This document shows positions 10,406-20,348 of a stretch of 64,000 nt of DNA, one piece after another (position 1 is the stretch's first letter; every line of letters begins with the position of its first letter). The DNA comes from Patescibacteria group bacterium (lineage in GTDB: Bacteria; Patescibacteriota; Microgenomatia; Levybacterales; UBA12049). Below the pieces are notes generated by a model. It was not told where the DNA came from. It saw nothing but the letters and a program-made list of their open reading frames with translations, and did not search any database. The position numbers were made by a program, and so were the translations under genes. The stretch is from contig JAMDAA010000018.1 of NCBI GenBank assembly GCA_023484045.1, positions 4-64,003 of the forward strand. Reading direction: 5' to 3'.

Positions 10406-11489
10406 AAAATTTTTGATTATACCGATGTTATTTGTTGCTTTAGTGATCGGAACTTTTGTGTTCACGAGAAAAACAGGGACAAATATTTCCGACGTTCAAA
10501 CAGTCGAAGTAAAAAAAGCAAACAGTCAAACTCTTATTGAAGGAGATGTCGAGTCACAAAACCAGGCGACTTTGCATTTTCAAACCGGCGGAAAACTTAC
10601 CTATCTTCCTTTTAAAGAAGGAGACGCCGTGTACCAGGGCCAAACGATTGCCCAGCTTGACACATATACTTTACAAAGACAGTTAACAAGCGCTTTGAAT
10701 AATTATAGGTCGACACGCGATACATTTGATCAAACAAAACAAAACAGCGACACCGGTGTTTTACAGGGCCAACAGCGTTATGGTCTTGAAATCACAAACA
10801 AAGTTGCAAAATCAGGTCAAGACGAAGTCGATGTTGTTAATGATATTGTAAAAAGAATTCTCGACCAAAATCAGGCAAACTTAGATAATTCTGTCATAAA
10901 TGTTGAACTCGCAAATTACGCGTTGCAATTCGCAACTTTAACTTCTCCGATAAACGGAGTCATAACACACGAAGACGTTACTGTACCAAACCAAAACATT
11001 ACAACCCAGACTTCGTTTGTTGTCTCTGATCCAAACTTGATCGTGTTTACAGGCTATATACCGGAAAGCGAAATTTCTCTTATAAGAATCGGCGCTAAAG
11101 CGGCTATAAGACTTTCGGGTCTTTCTGATAACCCGATATCGGGTGTCGTAGATAAAATCTACCCGCAAAAAATCCAAACTTCAAACGGAAAGACCGCATA
11201 CAAAGTTGATATTAAATCGGGCGATCTTACAGCTCTTGGAAAATTCGGGCAAACAGGATCCGTTCTTATCGAGAATAATGTCGATAGCGACTCGGTCTTG
11301 ATCCCAAACTGGACAGTTTTACAAAATAAATATGTCTGGGTACTAAATAATGACAAACCGGAACTCAGAACAATCGAAGCCGGTAAAACGATCGGGGAAT
11401 ACACCGAAGTTAAAAGCGGACTGACAAATGACGAAAAGATTATTTTAGACCCGAAATCTATTGTTTCAAAATATTACATATATGAATAA
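10395..11489 (+). CDS. Efflux membrane-fusion / adaptor subunit (RND/HlyD type)
   Basis: N-terminal anchor; biotinyl-lipoyl half motifs (GGKL...KEGD.V..GQ.IA.LD; LTSPINGVI); C-terminal EVKSGL..DEKII. Confidence 0.88.
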   Translation: MKNKKFLIIPMLFVALVIGTFVFTRKTGTNISDVQTVEVKKANSQTLIEGDVESQNQATLHFQTGGKLTYLPFKEGDAVYQGQTIAQLDTYTLQRQLTSALNNYRSTRDTFDQTKQNSDTGVLQGQQRYGLEITNKVAKSGQDEVDVVNDIVKRILDQNQANLDNSVINVELANYALQFATLTSPINGVITHEDVTVPNQNITTQTSFVVSDPNLIVFTGYIPESEISLIRIGAKAAIRLSGLSDNPISGVVDKIYPQKIQTSNGKTAYKVDIKSGDLTALGKFGQTGSVLIENNVDSDSVLIPNWTVLQNKYVWVLNNDKPELRTIEAGKTIGEYTEVKSGLTNDEKIILDPKSIVSKYYIYE

Positions 11490-12132
11490 AGTTAAAAAAC
11501 TATTTACCAAAATATTAAAGTCAAAAAGACTTTTAGCGATTATAATCTGTGTGATCGCAATCGCAGGTGGAACTTTTTATTATATAACGACCGTGAATCG
11601 TGTTTACACGGATTCTGCCCAAGTTTCTGCGCCGATAATAAATGTTTCGCCATCTGTTTCGGGAAAACTGTTGAGTGTTAACGTCTACGAAGAAGAAAAA
11701 GTAAAAAAGGGCGACGAACTCGCGGTTTTTGATTCCGATACGGTCAAAGCCTACACCGACGGAATAATAATCACTGTTAATAAAACAATCGGTACGATCA
11801 TGAATGCACAAACACCGGCAGTACAGATGATTGATCCGAATGAAATAAGAATCGTTGCGACTATCGACGAAAATAAAGGCTTAAACAACGTAAGAGTAGG
11901 ACAACCCGCATCGTTTACGATCGACGCTCTCCCCGGAAAAACATTTTGGGGATATGTCGACGAGGTCGCCCCGTCAGCAAAACAGACACAGATGTCGTTT
12001 TCGATATCGAGTGAAAGACCTGTTCAGCAATTTAACGTGTACATAAAATTTAATGTAAACGCAAATCCCGAAATCAAAAACGGGATGTCTGCAAAAGTTA
12101 CAATCTACACAAAAAATATTCCATCTAAATAA
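11482..12132 (+). CDS. Short HlyD/EmrA-like adaptor lacking the long alpha-hairpin
   Basis: TM; VSPSVSGKL..V.V.E..KVKKGD.L; VRVGQPA.FTIDA; IKNGMSAKV. Confidence 0.85.
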   Translation: MNKVKKLFTKILKSKRLLAIIICVIAIAGGTFYYITTVNRVYTDSAQVSAPIINVSPSVSGKLLSVNVYEEEKVKKGDELAVFDSDTVKAYTDGIIITVNKTIGTIMNAQTPAVQMIDPNEIRIVATIDENKGLNNVRVGQPASFTIDALPGKTFWGYVDEVAPSAKQTQMSFSISSERPVQQFNVYIKFNVNANPEIKNGMSAKVTIYTKNIPSK

Positions 12133-13632
12133 ATGAAAAAAGGCAAATTCGAAACCCACCAATGGATCGTTTTGGCAACTGTCATGATCGCGAGTTTCTT
12201 AGGACGGCTCGACGGAACGATCGTAAATTTAGCACTCCCCGATATTATCAAAGATTTCGGAATAACGATTTCGCAGGCGAGCTGGATCTCGACCGCGTAT
12301 ATTATCGCAAACGCAATTTTTGTCCCGATTTTTGGAAAACTCGGGGATTTGATCGGACGAAAACCGTTGTATCTTTTTGGTATCGTCGGATTTACTTTAA
12401 CTTCGGCTTTGGCCGGACTTTCATTTAACCTTTCGTCGATGATTGTTTTTAGAATTCTCCAGGCGGTCACTGTTTCGATCGATTATCCTCTCGCTTTATC
12501 GATTCTTGCGTACACATTTAAAGATCAAAAACAGAGAACTCAGGCGATGGGTCTTTGGTCTGCGGTTTTTGCCGTCGCGGCGGTTTTCGGACCGTTAATC
12601 GGTGGGCCTTTGGTCGATAATTTTTCCTGGAGAGCAGTATTTTATATAAACATTCCGTTTGGAATTTTAGGGACTTTAATGGCGTGGAGATTTATAAAAG
12701 AACCCGTCGAAAAAATTAAAGGAATTAAAAACTTTGATGTGATCGGATCGCTCCTTTTGGGTGTGACGCTTGGAACACTCGTTTTGGTTTTGGATCAGGG
12801 ACAAGCTTGGGGCTGGACGAGTTTGACAAGCATTATTTATTACGCAATCTCGATTATTTCCTTAATTGTTTTTATCTTTGTCGAAAAAACCCAAAAAGAA
12901 CCGGTCGTCGATCTAAAATTTTTCAAATTGAGAACTTTCACTGCATCCATAATTTCTTCCTTTATCTCGTTTACCGGAATGATGGGTGGAATGTTTATTT
13001 TACCGATTTTTGTTCAAACGTATCTTGGATATTCAGTTACAAAAACAGGTTATCTATTTATTCCGATGGCAACGGGCATGATGATTTCGGCGCAAATCGG
13101 AGCGCGGCTTTCGACAAAAATACAGCCGCGATATGTAATTGCCCTTGGGATGTTTTGGGGTGCTTTTTCGATGTTTATGTTTTCGGGGATCGATATAAAA
13201 TGGACTTTTTGGGACATGGGTTATAGACTTTTCTTTTTTGCTTTCGGTTTAGGTCTTGGAATCGCACCTTTGACAAACGCCGCGACATCTTCTGTTCCGT
13301 TAAATGAGATCGGAATCGCGTCATCTGTTTTGGCCCTGGCAAGAAATATCGCAGGCGCTTTTGGTATCGCGATTTTTGCGACGATACTGTCTGACAGCAT
13401 AACGTCAAATATGCTTTCGATTAAAATTAATTCTATCGTGAACACCAGTAATCCGAATTTAATCCAGACGATATTTGGGCTCATGGCGATAAAAGCGAAT
13501 ATCGTCGCGTTTCAAACAGTGTTTAAAAGCGCCGTCTGGGTAATGATTATTGGTGGAATATCAGCATTTTTTATAAAAGACGGGAAACACGATACTGCGG
13601 CAAAAAAAGAATTCGCCGTTCCTGAACTATAG
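12133..13632 (+). CDS. DHA2 family (EmrB/QacA) MFS drug efflux transporter
   Basis: Motifs LDGTIVNLALP, GKLGDLIGRK, GPLIGG.L and WR.VFYINIPFG; about 14 TM. Confidence 0.93.
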   Translation: MKKGKFETHQWIVLATVMIASFLGRLDGTIVNLALPDIIKDFGITISQASWISTAYIIANAIFVPIFGKLGDLIGRKPLYLFGIVGFTLTSALAGLSFNLSSMIVFRILQAVTVSIDYPLALSILAYTFKDQKQRTQAMGLWSAVFAVAAVFGPLIGGPLVDNFSWRAVFYINIPFGILGTLMAWRFIKEPVEKIKGIKNFDVIGSLLLGVTLGTLVLVLDQGQAWGWTSLTSIIYYAISIISLIVFIFVEKTQKEPVVDLKFFKLRTFTASIISSFISFTGMMGGMFILPIFVQTYLGYSVTKTGYLFIPMATGMMISAQIGARLSTKIQPRYVIALGMFWGAFSMFMFSGIDIKWTFWDMGYRLFFFAFGLGLGIAPLTNAATSSVPLNEIGIASSVLALARNIAGAFGIAIFATILSDSITSNMLSIKINSIVNTSNPNLIQTIFGLMAIKANIVAFQTVFKSAVWVMIIGGISAFFIKDGKHDTAAKKEFAVPEL

Positions 13633-13650
13633 TATAATTAATATTAAACT

Positions 13651-14586
13651 GTGAACGCTTATAAAATAAAAGTGAACGGGAAAATATTAGATTATCGTTT
13701 AGGAAATAATTTGAATCTCGACGATGTTAAATCGTATTTCGAGAAAGAATATAAAGTCGAAAAACTTTGGCAGGAGACACGACACGTTGTCGGTTATCTT
13801 AAGAAAGTTGATCGCGAACTGTTTTTAAAACTTTCAACAACCGAAGGGATTAGCGCGGTTACCAAAATTGAAGAGAGTTGGAACGAAGAATTTAATAAAC
13901 GAGTTTCGCGAACACAAAAATTTTGGGTTCCGAAAAACTTTGGCAGCGGATACTATAAGGATAATCTTTTTTATTTAATAACCGATCTATTTAACGGGAA
14001 CAAGCTTTGCGAAAGAGTCGATGATAAAACAATCACTGATGAACTAAAAACAAGCATCGAAGATATTATCGAATTTTCCGAAATTATACAAAATTTGAAT
14101 CTTAATATTTTAAATTATGACAAAAACTTAAATTACAAAGACCGATTTATAAATAAAACTAATTCCTGGTTTAACGCGATCCCAAAAGACGTAAAAGAAA
14201 AATATTTACTTTCCAAACTTTTAGATGCAGTAAAAAACGGTGCAAATAATCTTTCAGCGAAAGCCCGACACGGAGACTTTACCCCCTGGCATATGATAAG
14301 ACTAAAGACCGGACAACTCGGGCTAATCGACGGAGAACACGCCTTATCAAAAAGTGTTGAGTATTACGATATAGCGTATTTTATACAGAGAGTGTTTTCT
14401 GTTTTAAAAAATCCTGAATTTGCCCAAAAATCAATAAACTTACTCATTAAAAAAAATTACGATTTAAACAAACTGAAAGTTCTTCTCGCAGCGCGCGCCG
14501 TAGGTGGATTCTTGGACGAATCCCTAACATCTTCCCCGGATTATACTTTTAGTGAAAGGTTTAAGAATTGGGTTATTCATCTTTAA
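13651..14586 (+). CDS. APH/choline kinase-like phosphotransferase
   Basis: Brenner motif HGDFTPWH, followed by LIDGE and YYDIAYF. Confidence 0.8.
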   Translation: MNAYKIKVNGKILDYRLGNNLNLDDVKSYFEKEYKVEKLWQETRHVVGYLKKVDRELFLKLSTTEGISAVTKIEESWNEEFNKRVSRTQKFWVPKNFGSGYYKDNLFYLITDLFNGNKLCERVDDKTITDELKTSIEDIIEFSEIIQNLNLNILNYDKNLNYKDRFINKTNSWFNAIPKDVKEKYLLSKLLDAVKNGANNLSAKARHGDFTPWHMIRLKTGQLGLIDGEHALSKSVEYYDIAYFIQRVFSVLKNPEFAQKSINLLIKKNYDLNKLKVLLAARAVGGFLDESLTSSPDYTFSERFKNWVIHL

Positions 14587-14590
14587 TTTG

Positions 14591-14917
14591 ATGATTAAAC
14601 TAAAAGTAAAAATACTCAGAAGTTTTAAAGAAAAAACGATCGGGCTTTTAAACGCCAAGAAAGCAATTCCTGTTTTTATCAAAACGCGGTTTGGGATTCA
14701 CACTTTTGGTCTTAAATTTTCGATCGACGTTTTGGTTTTAGACAAAAACGATAAAGTGGTCAAAATTTCGAAGAATTTAAGACCGGACAGAATTTTTCTT
14801 TGGAATCCGGTTTTTAACAAAATCGTTGAACTCCCATCCGGCGAAATTAATAAGAACAAGATAAAAATCGGGGATAAAATTAGAATTATTAGTTATAATA
14901 CAGTCCATGAAAAATAA
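14591..14917 (+). CDS. DUF192 family protein
   Basis: GL...GIHTFGLKFSIDVLVLD...VELP.G...I.IGD pattern. Confidence 0.8.
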   Translation: MIKLKVKILRSFKEKTIGLLNAKKAIPVFIKTRFGIHTFGLKFSIDVLVLDKNDKVVKISKNLRPDRIFLWNPVFNKIVELPSGEINKNKIKIGDKIRIISYNTVHEK

Positions 14918-15414
14918 ACTAACAATAATAAAGCCCGATCCTTTGGGCATATTGAAATCGACAAAAAAAATATTAGATGGTGCGAGCTTTGTTTTTTTAA
15001 AAACCGATGAGATACCCAAAATCTCAGGCAAAATCAAAAAATTGATGACAAGAAAGTTCGACAAAACAGAACAATTTCACCTTACCGGAAATTACAAAAA
15101 CGACGTACAACTAATTTTTCTCGAGGATGTTGTCAATTTCTGTTATTGGCCGGACCCGGGAAATCCCAAATGGGGCGTTGAGTGGCCAAAAGGAAAAATT
15201 GTAAAAGGCGGGTGGTTCTCCCTTACTGCGTGTCTTGCACGAGCCTTAAAAGAAAATCCAGATATCCTCGACGCAGTTTATTTAAAAAATCTTTCCTTAA
15301 ATGACGCGAGAAAAATATTCGGCAACAGAAATCGACGAAGCATTATGGGTTTTAAGCCAAAACTCCCAAGATAGAACTAAACCTTACCATCGTACGCGCA
15401 CGATTTTTTATTAA
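14907..15414 (+). pseudogene. Queuosine salvage hydrolase (DUF2419/Qng1 family) with internal deletion and frameshift
   Basis: N-terminal IFLEDVVNFCYW...GWFSLTACL; the family C-terminus EIDEALW...PYHRTRTIFY* lies in another frame at ~15315-15414; the central region is missing. Confidence 0.82.
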
Positions 15415-15428
15415 AAATACTAGTAGTA

Positions 15429-15566
15429 TTATTTTCCAAGGTGTTTAAAAAATTCGACTTGTCTTAGTCTTTTTTTTGCCTCTTCTTCTGTTTTATACGG
15501 CCCGCCCAAATTTCGACGCGTTTTTTCGGATAAAACAAAATACCCGGCTTTTCGTTTTACGATCAT
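15429..15566 (-). CDS. Small basic protein, 45 aa (MIVKRKAGYFVLSEKTRRNLGGPYKTEEEAKKRLRQVEFFKHLGK)
   Basis: Read manually; below the ORF-track cutoff; clean ATG to TAA with a protein-like beta-beta-helix pattern. Confidence 0.7.
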   Translation of the reverse strand: MIVKRKAGYFVLSEKTRRNLGGPYKTEEEAKKRLRQVEFFKHLGK

Positions 15567-15696
15567 ACGAAACCCTGTGAGTAAACTCGCGGTATTATTA
15601 TACCACTTCTTTTTTAAAAGAAAATCCAGAAAATTGAATTATGGACTTTTCTTGCGTTAATACTTAAAATGAGATGTTAACAGAGTTTCATTTAAA

Positions 15697-17424
15697 ATGA
15701 AGAAAATTTATTTGCACATTATTATTCTGGTAATACTTTCGAGCTTACTGAGGTTTATTTTTTTAGACAGAACCCCAATCGGCATAAGCGGGGACGAACT
15801 TGATTATGTTTTAAACGCAAAAGCGGTTGCGCTAACCGGAAAAGACATCAGCGGCCTATGGTCTCCTTTTTCTTTATCAACTCCTCCCCACGAAGTTCCC
15901 AAAGCAGAACTTCCGTATCTTTTTGTCACACCATTTATGAAATTTTTACCTCTTAATTTGCTTTCAGCGCGTCTGCCTTACGCTTTTTTTAGCGTACTTT
16001 TTGTTGTTTTAATTTATCTTATCGGGAGGCGTTTATTTTCTTCTTCTCAAGCTTTCATAATCGGTCTTATCGCCGCAATAAATCCGTGGTTTATATATTT
16101 TGGCCGAACGGCATTTGACGCGCCACTCGCTGTTTACTTATATTTTCTTGCTTTTTATATTCTTTTAAAACTTAAAAAAAATAAAATATTTATCGCATTT
16201 CCATTTTTTTTCTTTGCGTTTTTTTCTTATATCGGAACAAAAATTATCTATCTTCCGTTTTTATTTATATCCGTATTTTATGTTTGGAATCGAAATAAAA
16301 AAAGAGACACAAAAAAATACGTATTGTTTACTCTTTTATGTTTAATTCCGTTTTTATTTTTTGTCATCACGTTAAGTCAAAGGCCCGCGGTTTTTCGCAT
16401 ATCGGATCTTAGCTCCTTTAATAGACCGGAAATCGCGCGCGCAGTCGACGAGGAAAGAAAGCTATCAATACAAACCCCCCTCACCCTAATTTTCTCGAAT
16501 AAATTATTTGTATTTTTTAAACAACTTGTTAATAATTATTTAGGTTCTTTTTCGGAAAATTATCTTTTTTTATACGGAGAAAACAGTCCTTTTATTTCTC
16601 TTTGGTATCATGGAATATTTTATTATATAGACTCTATATTTCTGCTTATTGGACTGTGCGCGCTTTTTAAAAAAAATCCAAAAATATTTCTTTTGTTTCT
16701 AGCTATTATACTTATAGCTCCCATTCCGTCTATGGCAAGCGTTGTCGGGATTTCTTACTCAATCCGCGCTTCTCTTATGTTTCCCGTAATGGTTTTTATC
16801 ATCGGATACGGTATTTCTTATGTTCTTTCTTTTTATAAATCGTTCACATATAAAATTACAATCTCCTGTTTTATTTCCGGATTGTATTTACTGCTTTTGC
16901 TGAATTTTTTAAACATTCTTCTTTTTAGAAATCCTATATACGCTTCGGAAACATTTGGATTTAGCGGAAGAGAGGTGGTTAAATATATTCTTCTTGCGGA
17001 AAAAGAAAATAAAAACGTTATTTTTTTGAATAAACCGAGTGAATTTATTCCTTATTTTTTTAAACAATATCTATTTTATTCAGACGGATACAAAATAACT
17101 AATGCACGACAAATTTCTAAAATAATAAAGTCCGGTAATTATTCTATCAACAATTTTAGAATCAGCGACTGCCGGGAAAACATCGACAAAAACAGCATAA
17201 TTATCGCCGAACCCGATTCAAAATGCGCGACGCTTAGTAAATTTAATCATCCCCTAAGCATTTCGCGGCTTGCAGACGGAGGAACTATTTATAAGATTTA
17301 TAACGACGACATTTGCAGCAAATATAAACTGGAGAGATATCCGTCGTCGATTAGTCTTAACGATTTGCAGATCGAGAAGCTTTCCGAAAAACAATTTTGC
17401 GAAACATTTATTTCAGATTTGTAG
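15697..17424 (+). CDS. GT-C fold membrane glycosyltransferase (ArnT/PMT, GT39/83-like)
   Basis: N-terminal LR...DE..Y motif; ARLP.A; AAINPW.IYFGR; multiple TM segments. Confidence 0.87.
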   Translation: MKKIYLHIIILVILSSLLRFIFLDRTPIGISGDELDYVLNAKAVALTGKDISGLWSPFSLSTPPHEVPKAELPYLFVTPFMKFLPLNLLSARLPYAFFSVLFVVLIYLIGRRLFSSSQAFIIGLIAAINPWFIYFGRTAFDAPLAVYLYFLAFYILLKLKKNKIFIAFPFFFFAFFSYIGTKIIYLPFLFISVFYVWNRNKKRDTKKYVLFTLLCLIPFLFFVITLSQRPAVFRISDLSSFNRPEIARAVDEERKLSIQTPLTLIFSNKLFVFFKQLVNNYLGSFSENYLFLYGENSPFISLWYHGIFYYIDSIFLLIGLCALFKKNPKIFLLFLAIILIAPIPSMASVVGISYSIRASLMFPVMVFIIGYGISYVLSFYKSFTYKITISCFISGLYLLLLLNFLNILLFRNPIYASETFGFSGREVVKYILLAEKENKNVIFLNKPSEFIPYFFKQYLFYSDGYKITNARQISKIIKSGNYSINNFRISDCRENIDKNSIIIAEPDSKCATLSKFNHPLSISRLADGGTIYKIYNDDICSKYKLERYPSSISLNDLQIEKLSEKQFCETFISDL

Positions 17425-17436
17425 ACGATTAAATTA

Positions 17437-17655
17437 TTATAAATTCTTCATCCAATCGTGGGCAAACATTTCGGCTTTTTCGTTATCAATTACCTTCAAT
17501 ATTTTCTTTGCGACGTATTCGGCTGTATCGGGCGAACGGAGCGGTTAAACTTATTCCGACCAACGCCCGTTTTAAAGAAGAATAGGCACTCATATTGGGT
17601 AGATGCATTAAGGCTGTTCCGGAATTAATATTAACGATTACGCCTTTTCCCTCGA
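17437..17655 (-). pseudogene. Short-chain dehydrogenase/reductase remnant
   Basis: GKGVIVNINSGTAL...SAYSSLKRAL (YxxxK), then a frame change to PDTAEYVAKKIL...AHDWMKNL*; no 5' part. Confidence 0.75.
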
Positions 17656-17735
17656 GTGAATTTGGATGATTATATCACTAGACCACAAAAAAACGCCCTT
17701 CCTCTCGAGCGCTTTAAATTTTTGGCAGATATTAA

Positions 17736-18074
17736 TTAATGCATCGGAGCAGTCTGCATCTGTTTTATCCCGAGTAAGTGTTCTTTATTATTGTAATCTA
17801 CTGCCGCTACGTCATATGTATAAAGTGTGTTCGGCTTCAAATATTGAATCGTGTAGCTGTACGAGTTCGCAGATAAATCCTTACACCTAACCGCGTGCTG
17901 CCAAGTTTTCGAACTGCTCTCCTTGTAGTAAATTCTGTAACACCTTGTGCCCGCAGAATTTTGCCAATTTATAGTAGCTTTATTATAGTTATCGTTCGTC
18001 TGGGCAAACGCGCTTCCTGCAAACAAGAAACCGAGGATCGTTGCTGTTGCGGCCGAAACTAAAAACTTGTCCAT
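17736..18074 (-). CDS. Small secreted fibronectin type III domain protein
   Basis: Signal peptide ending SAFA; W...Y.IYY...YTIQYLKPNTLYTYDVAAV FN3 pattern. Confidence 0.8.
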   Translation of the reverse strand: MDKFLVSAATATILGFLFAGSAFAQTNDNYNKATINWQNSAGTRCYRIYYKESSSKTWQHAVRCKDLSANSYSYTIQYLKPNTLYTYDVAAVDYNNKEHLLGIKQMQTAPMH

Positions 18075-18130
18075 GGAAATATTATTGCGATAATTATCAC
18101 AGGTTGTCAAGAGGGGAAATTATTATAGGG

Positions 18131-18585
18131 CTAATTTTTGCCTTTTAAGTATTTATTTACAGATGAAATCTGATTATAAGCTTGATAAACACGACTAATT
18201 AATAATGACGTTTCTTTTGTTCCGTAAAGCATATGAATTTGTTTTGCTTTTATTCGTTTTGCCAAGATAATACAATGCAAACTTGAAAAATCCTGCATCA
18301 TTACCGGCGAAATCCAACGATCTTTTAATTTTGACAAATCTTCTTTAAAATACGGAGACAAAGAGCAAAGTATTAGTCCGTTAACTTTTACTTTTGTCGA
18401 TGCGATAAACGCGATCATCGCGCCGAACGAAAAACCGAGTATATATTTCTCCTTTGTATTTATTTTTTTGTACTCTTTTAAAAAATACTCTGTATTTTCA
18501 GAATTTTAGCAATTTTCTTATACGCCTTATTCGTTGGCAAATGTTTATAGCCTGGAATGACGAAAATAGTTTTTTTCTGAAGCAT
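18131..18585 (-). pseudogene. Alpha/beta hydrolase pseudogene
   Basis: KTIFVIPGY... in one frame and ILGFSFGAMIA (GxSxG nucleophile elbow) in another; junction near 18500. Confidence 0.75.
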
Positions 18586-18608
18586 GGGGGAGATTAGTAA
18601 AGGAGAGC

Positions 18609-19646
18609 CTAAAACTCCAAATCCGACGTTTCTGTATCCTTTTTTTTCTTTTTGACCAAATACCAAATTATTCCAAAAGTTCCGGATATGACGACTAGAA
18701 TCGCCGGGATTAAAACGACATAATTTATGTCGGAAGCTGATTCCTGATTTGCCGGCTGGTATTGTTCGGAAGTTATTTGCGGCTCGGGAGTTTGTGTCGG
18801 CGAAGGCGTATTCATATCCTGTTCTGTGTTATTTCTTATTGAATTATCAAACGGGTTCACAATTTCTGTCGGTGTCGGAGTTAGAGTCGCGCTCACAGTC
18901 GCAACTGTGGTCGCAGTCGGAACTACGATCGGATTTACTAAAGAGACGTTTGCCGATAATTCGTTTGAAAAATCTCCCGGCGTGCAACCATTAACCGCCC
19001 GAACAACAAAATAGTATTTTACGTTTTTTTGTAATCCGCCGACTGTATAAGATATCGTGTCTTTTCCGCCGACATTTGGATTACCGTATATATATTGGCT
19101 GGACACAACGCCATAAGCCACTAAATAGTGTGACACCGGATCTAAAGCCTTTGTCCATGTTAATGTAATTTGATTTGATCCGCTTACAACAGTCGATATT
19201 AATTTCGGCGCACCGACCGGTTTCGGATCGGGACAGGACGGCGCCGAGTGCGGAGAAGCTGTAAAAGTTATCTGTCCGAATTTTACAAGCGTAGTCGATG
19301 TCGAGTTATCAACAACATTAACATAATCTGTATTAGGACTCGGAGACGTTACACTAAACGTTGCTTTTCCCGAAGCGTCAAGAATTGCCGAACTCGGGCT
19401 AATTGCGACGTTATTTGGGATCGACAAACTCACAGTATCACCGTTCAATGCTGTTCCCGCGCTATCTTTTAAAGTCACCGTAATCGTAACAACAGTTGTT
19501 CCATCGGCCGGGACAGAAGAAGGACTCACGGAGATACTCGAATGGCTCGCATCCGGTTGACTCCCTGCGAGGGAAGGGTTGAAAAAAGAACTTACAAAAA
19601 AAGAAATAAAAAAGGCGACAAAAGTCAAAAACAACCTATGTCTCAC
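18609..19646 (-). CDS. Surface protein with Big_1/invasin-like Ig, FN3, Pro/Thr linker and C-terminal TM
   Basis: SVPADG...TITVTLKD..G; ITLTW...Y.V.YG...YTVGGL...YYF.VRA.NGC; TM followed by KKKKK. Confidence 0.85.
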   Translation of the reverse strand: MRHRLFLTFVAFFISFFVSSFFNPSLAGSQPDASHSSISVSPSSVPADGTTVVTITVTLKDSAGTALNGDTVSLSIPNNVAISPSSAILDASGKATFSVTSPSPNTDYVNVVDNSTSTTLVKFGQITFTASPHSAPSCPDPKPVGAPKLISTVVSGSNQITLTWTKALDPVSHYLVAYGVVSSQYIYGNPNVGGKDTISYTVGGLQKNVKYYFVVRAVNGCTPGDFSNELSANVSLVNPIVVPTATTVATVSATLTPTPTEIVNPFDNSIRNNTEQDMNTPSPTQTPEPQITSEQYQPANQESASDINYVVLIPAILVVISGTFGIIWYLVKKKKKDTETSDLEF

Positions 19647-19741
19647 AATATAAGAATATCACTAATCCAAATATAAAATAAAAAATTGCTGTCATCAAAT
19701 GGCCGCAGAACGTGAGTAATGGTGAAAGTAATCGGAGCTTT

Positions 19742-19977
19742 TTATTTATTCAAAATATTTACTGATCTTTTAATCGCCACAAATCCGTAACCCCACAAGA
19801 AAGGCAACCATAAAGGCATTAAGCCGAATAAACTATTTCTGCTAAAAGTTTCTGCACCTGTAGATACAAATAAATATTCAAAAATTACCATTACGCAAAA
19901 ACCAAAAATAAAAAATAAAATATCTTTTGATTCAAATTTTATAATCAACGATATTATAAGACTATTCTTTTTTCCAT
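19742..19977 (-). pseudogene. Small membrane protein with a probable N-proximal deletion or frameshift
   Basis: The ATG at 19977 (MEKRIVL*) is out of frame with the body ending EYLFVSTG...GLMPLWLPFLWGYGF. Confidence 0.55.
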
Positions 19978-20011
19978 TTTTTCCCTTCGATTCGCTTCGC
20001 TCACTCAGGGT

Positions 20012-20281
20012 TTACAACTTTTTTAATAGTGCTTTATCTCCTTTAATTAAAGCTTCTTTTTTAGATCGCGACCAACTCTTTAATTGATATTCTCTTTGCA
20101 TTGCTTCTTTTCTTGAATTATAAGTTTCTGAGTAAGCCAATTCAAAAGAGTAAAAATTCCTAATATATTTTGCGGATTTCGAATTTTTAGCTTTATGCTC
20201 TTTCAGTCTTTTCTTTAAATTATTAGTTTGTCCAATATATAAAGTGTTTGAAGAGGTTCGAAGAATATAGACGTAGAACAT
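20012..20281 (-). CDS. Small GIY-YIG nuclease
   Basis: YVYIL...LYIGQT.NL..RL.EH...A..RE..LK; palindromic elements on both sides. Confidence 0.93.
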   Translation of the reverse strand: MFYVYILRTSSNTLYIGQTNNLKKRLKEHKAKNSKSAKYIRNFYSFELAYSETYNSRKEAMQREYQLKSWSRSKKEALIKGDKALLKKL

Positions 20282-20348
20282 GGTTCGACTACGCGCTCAC
20301 CACACTCGACTCAAGTGCTATAGCCATGAGCGAACGAAGTGAGTCGAA

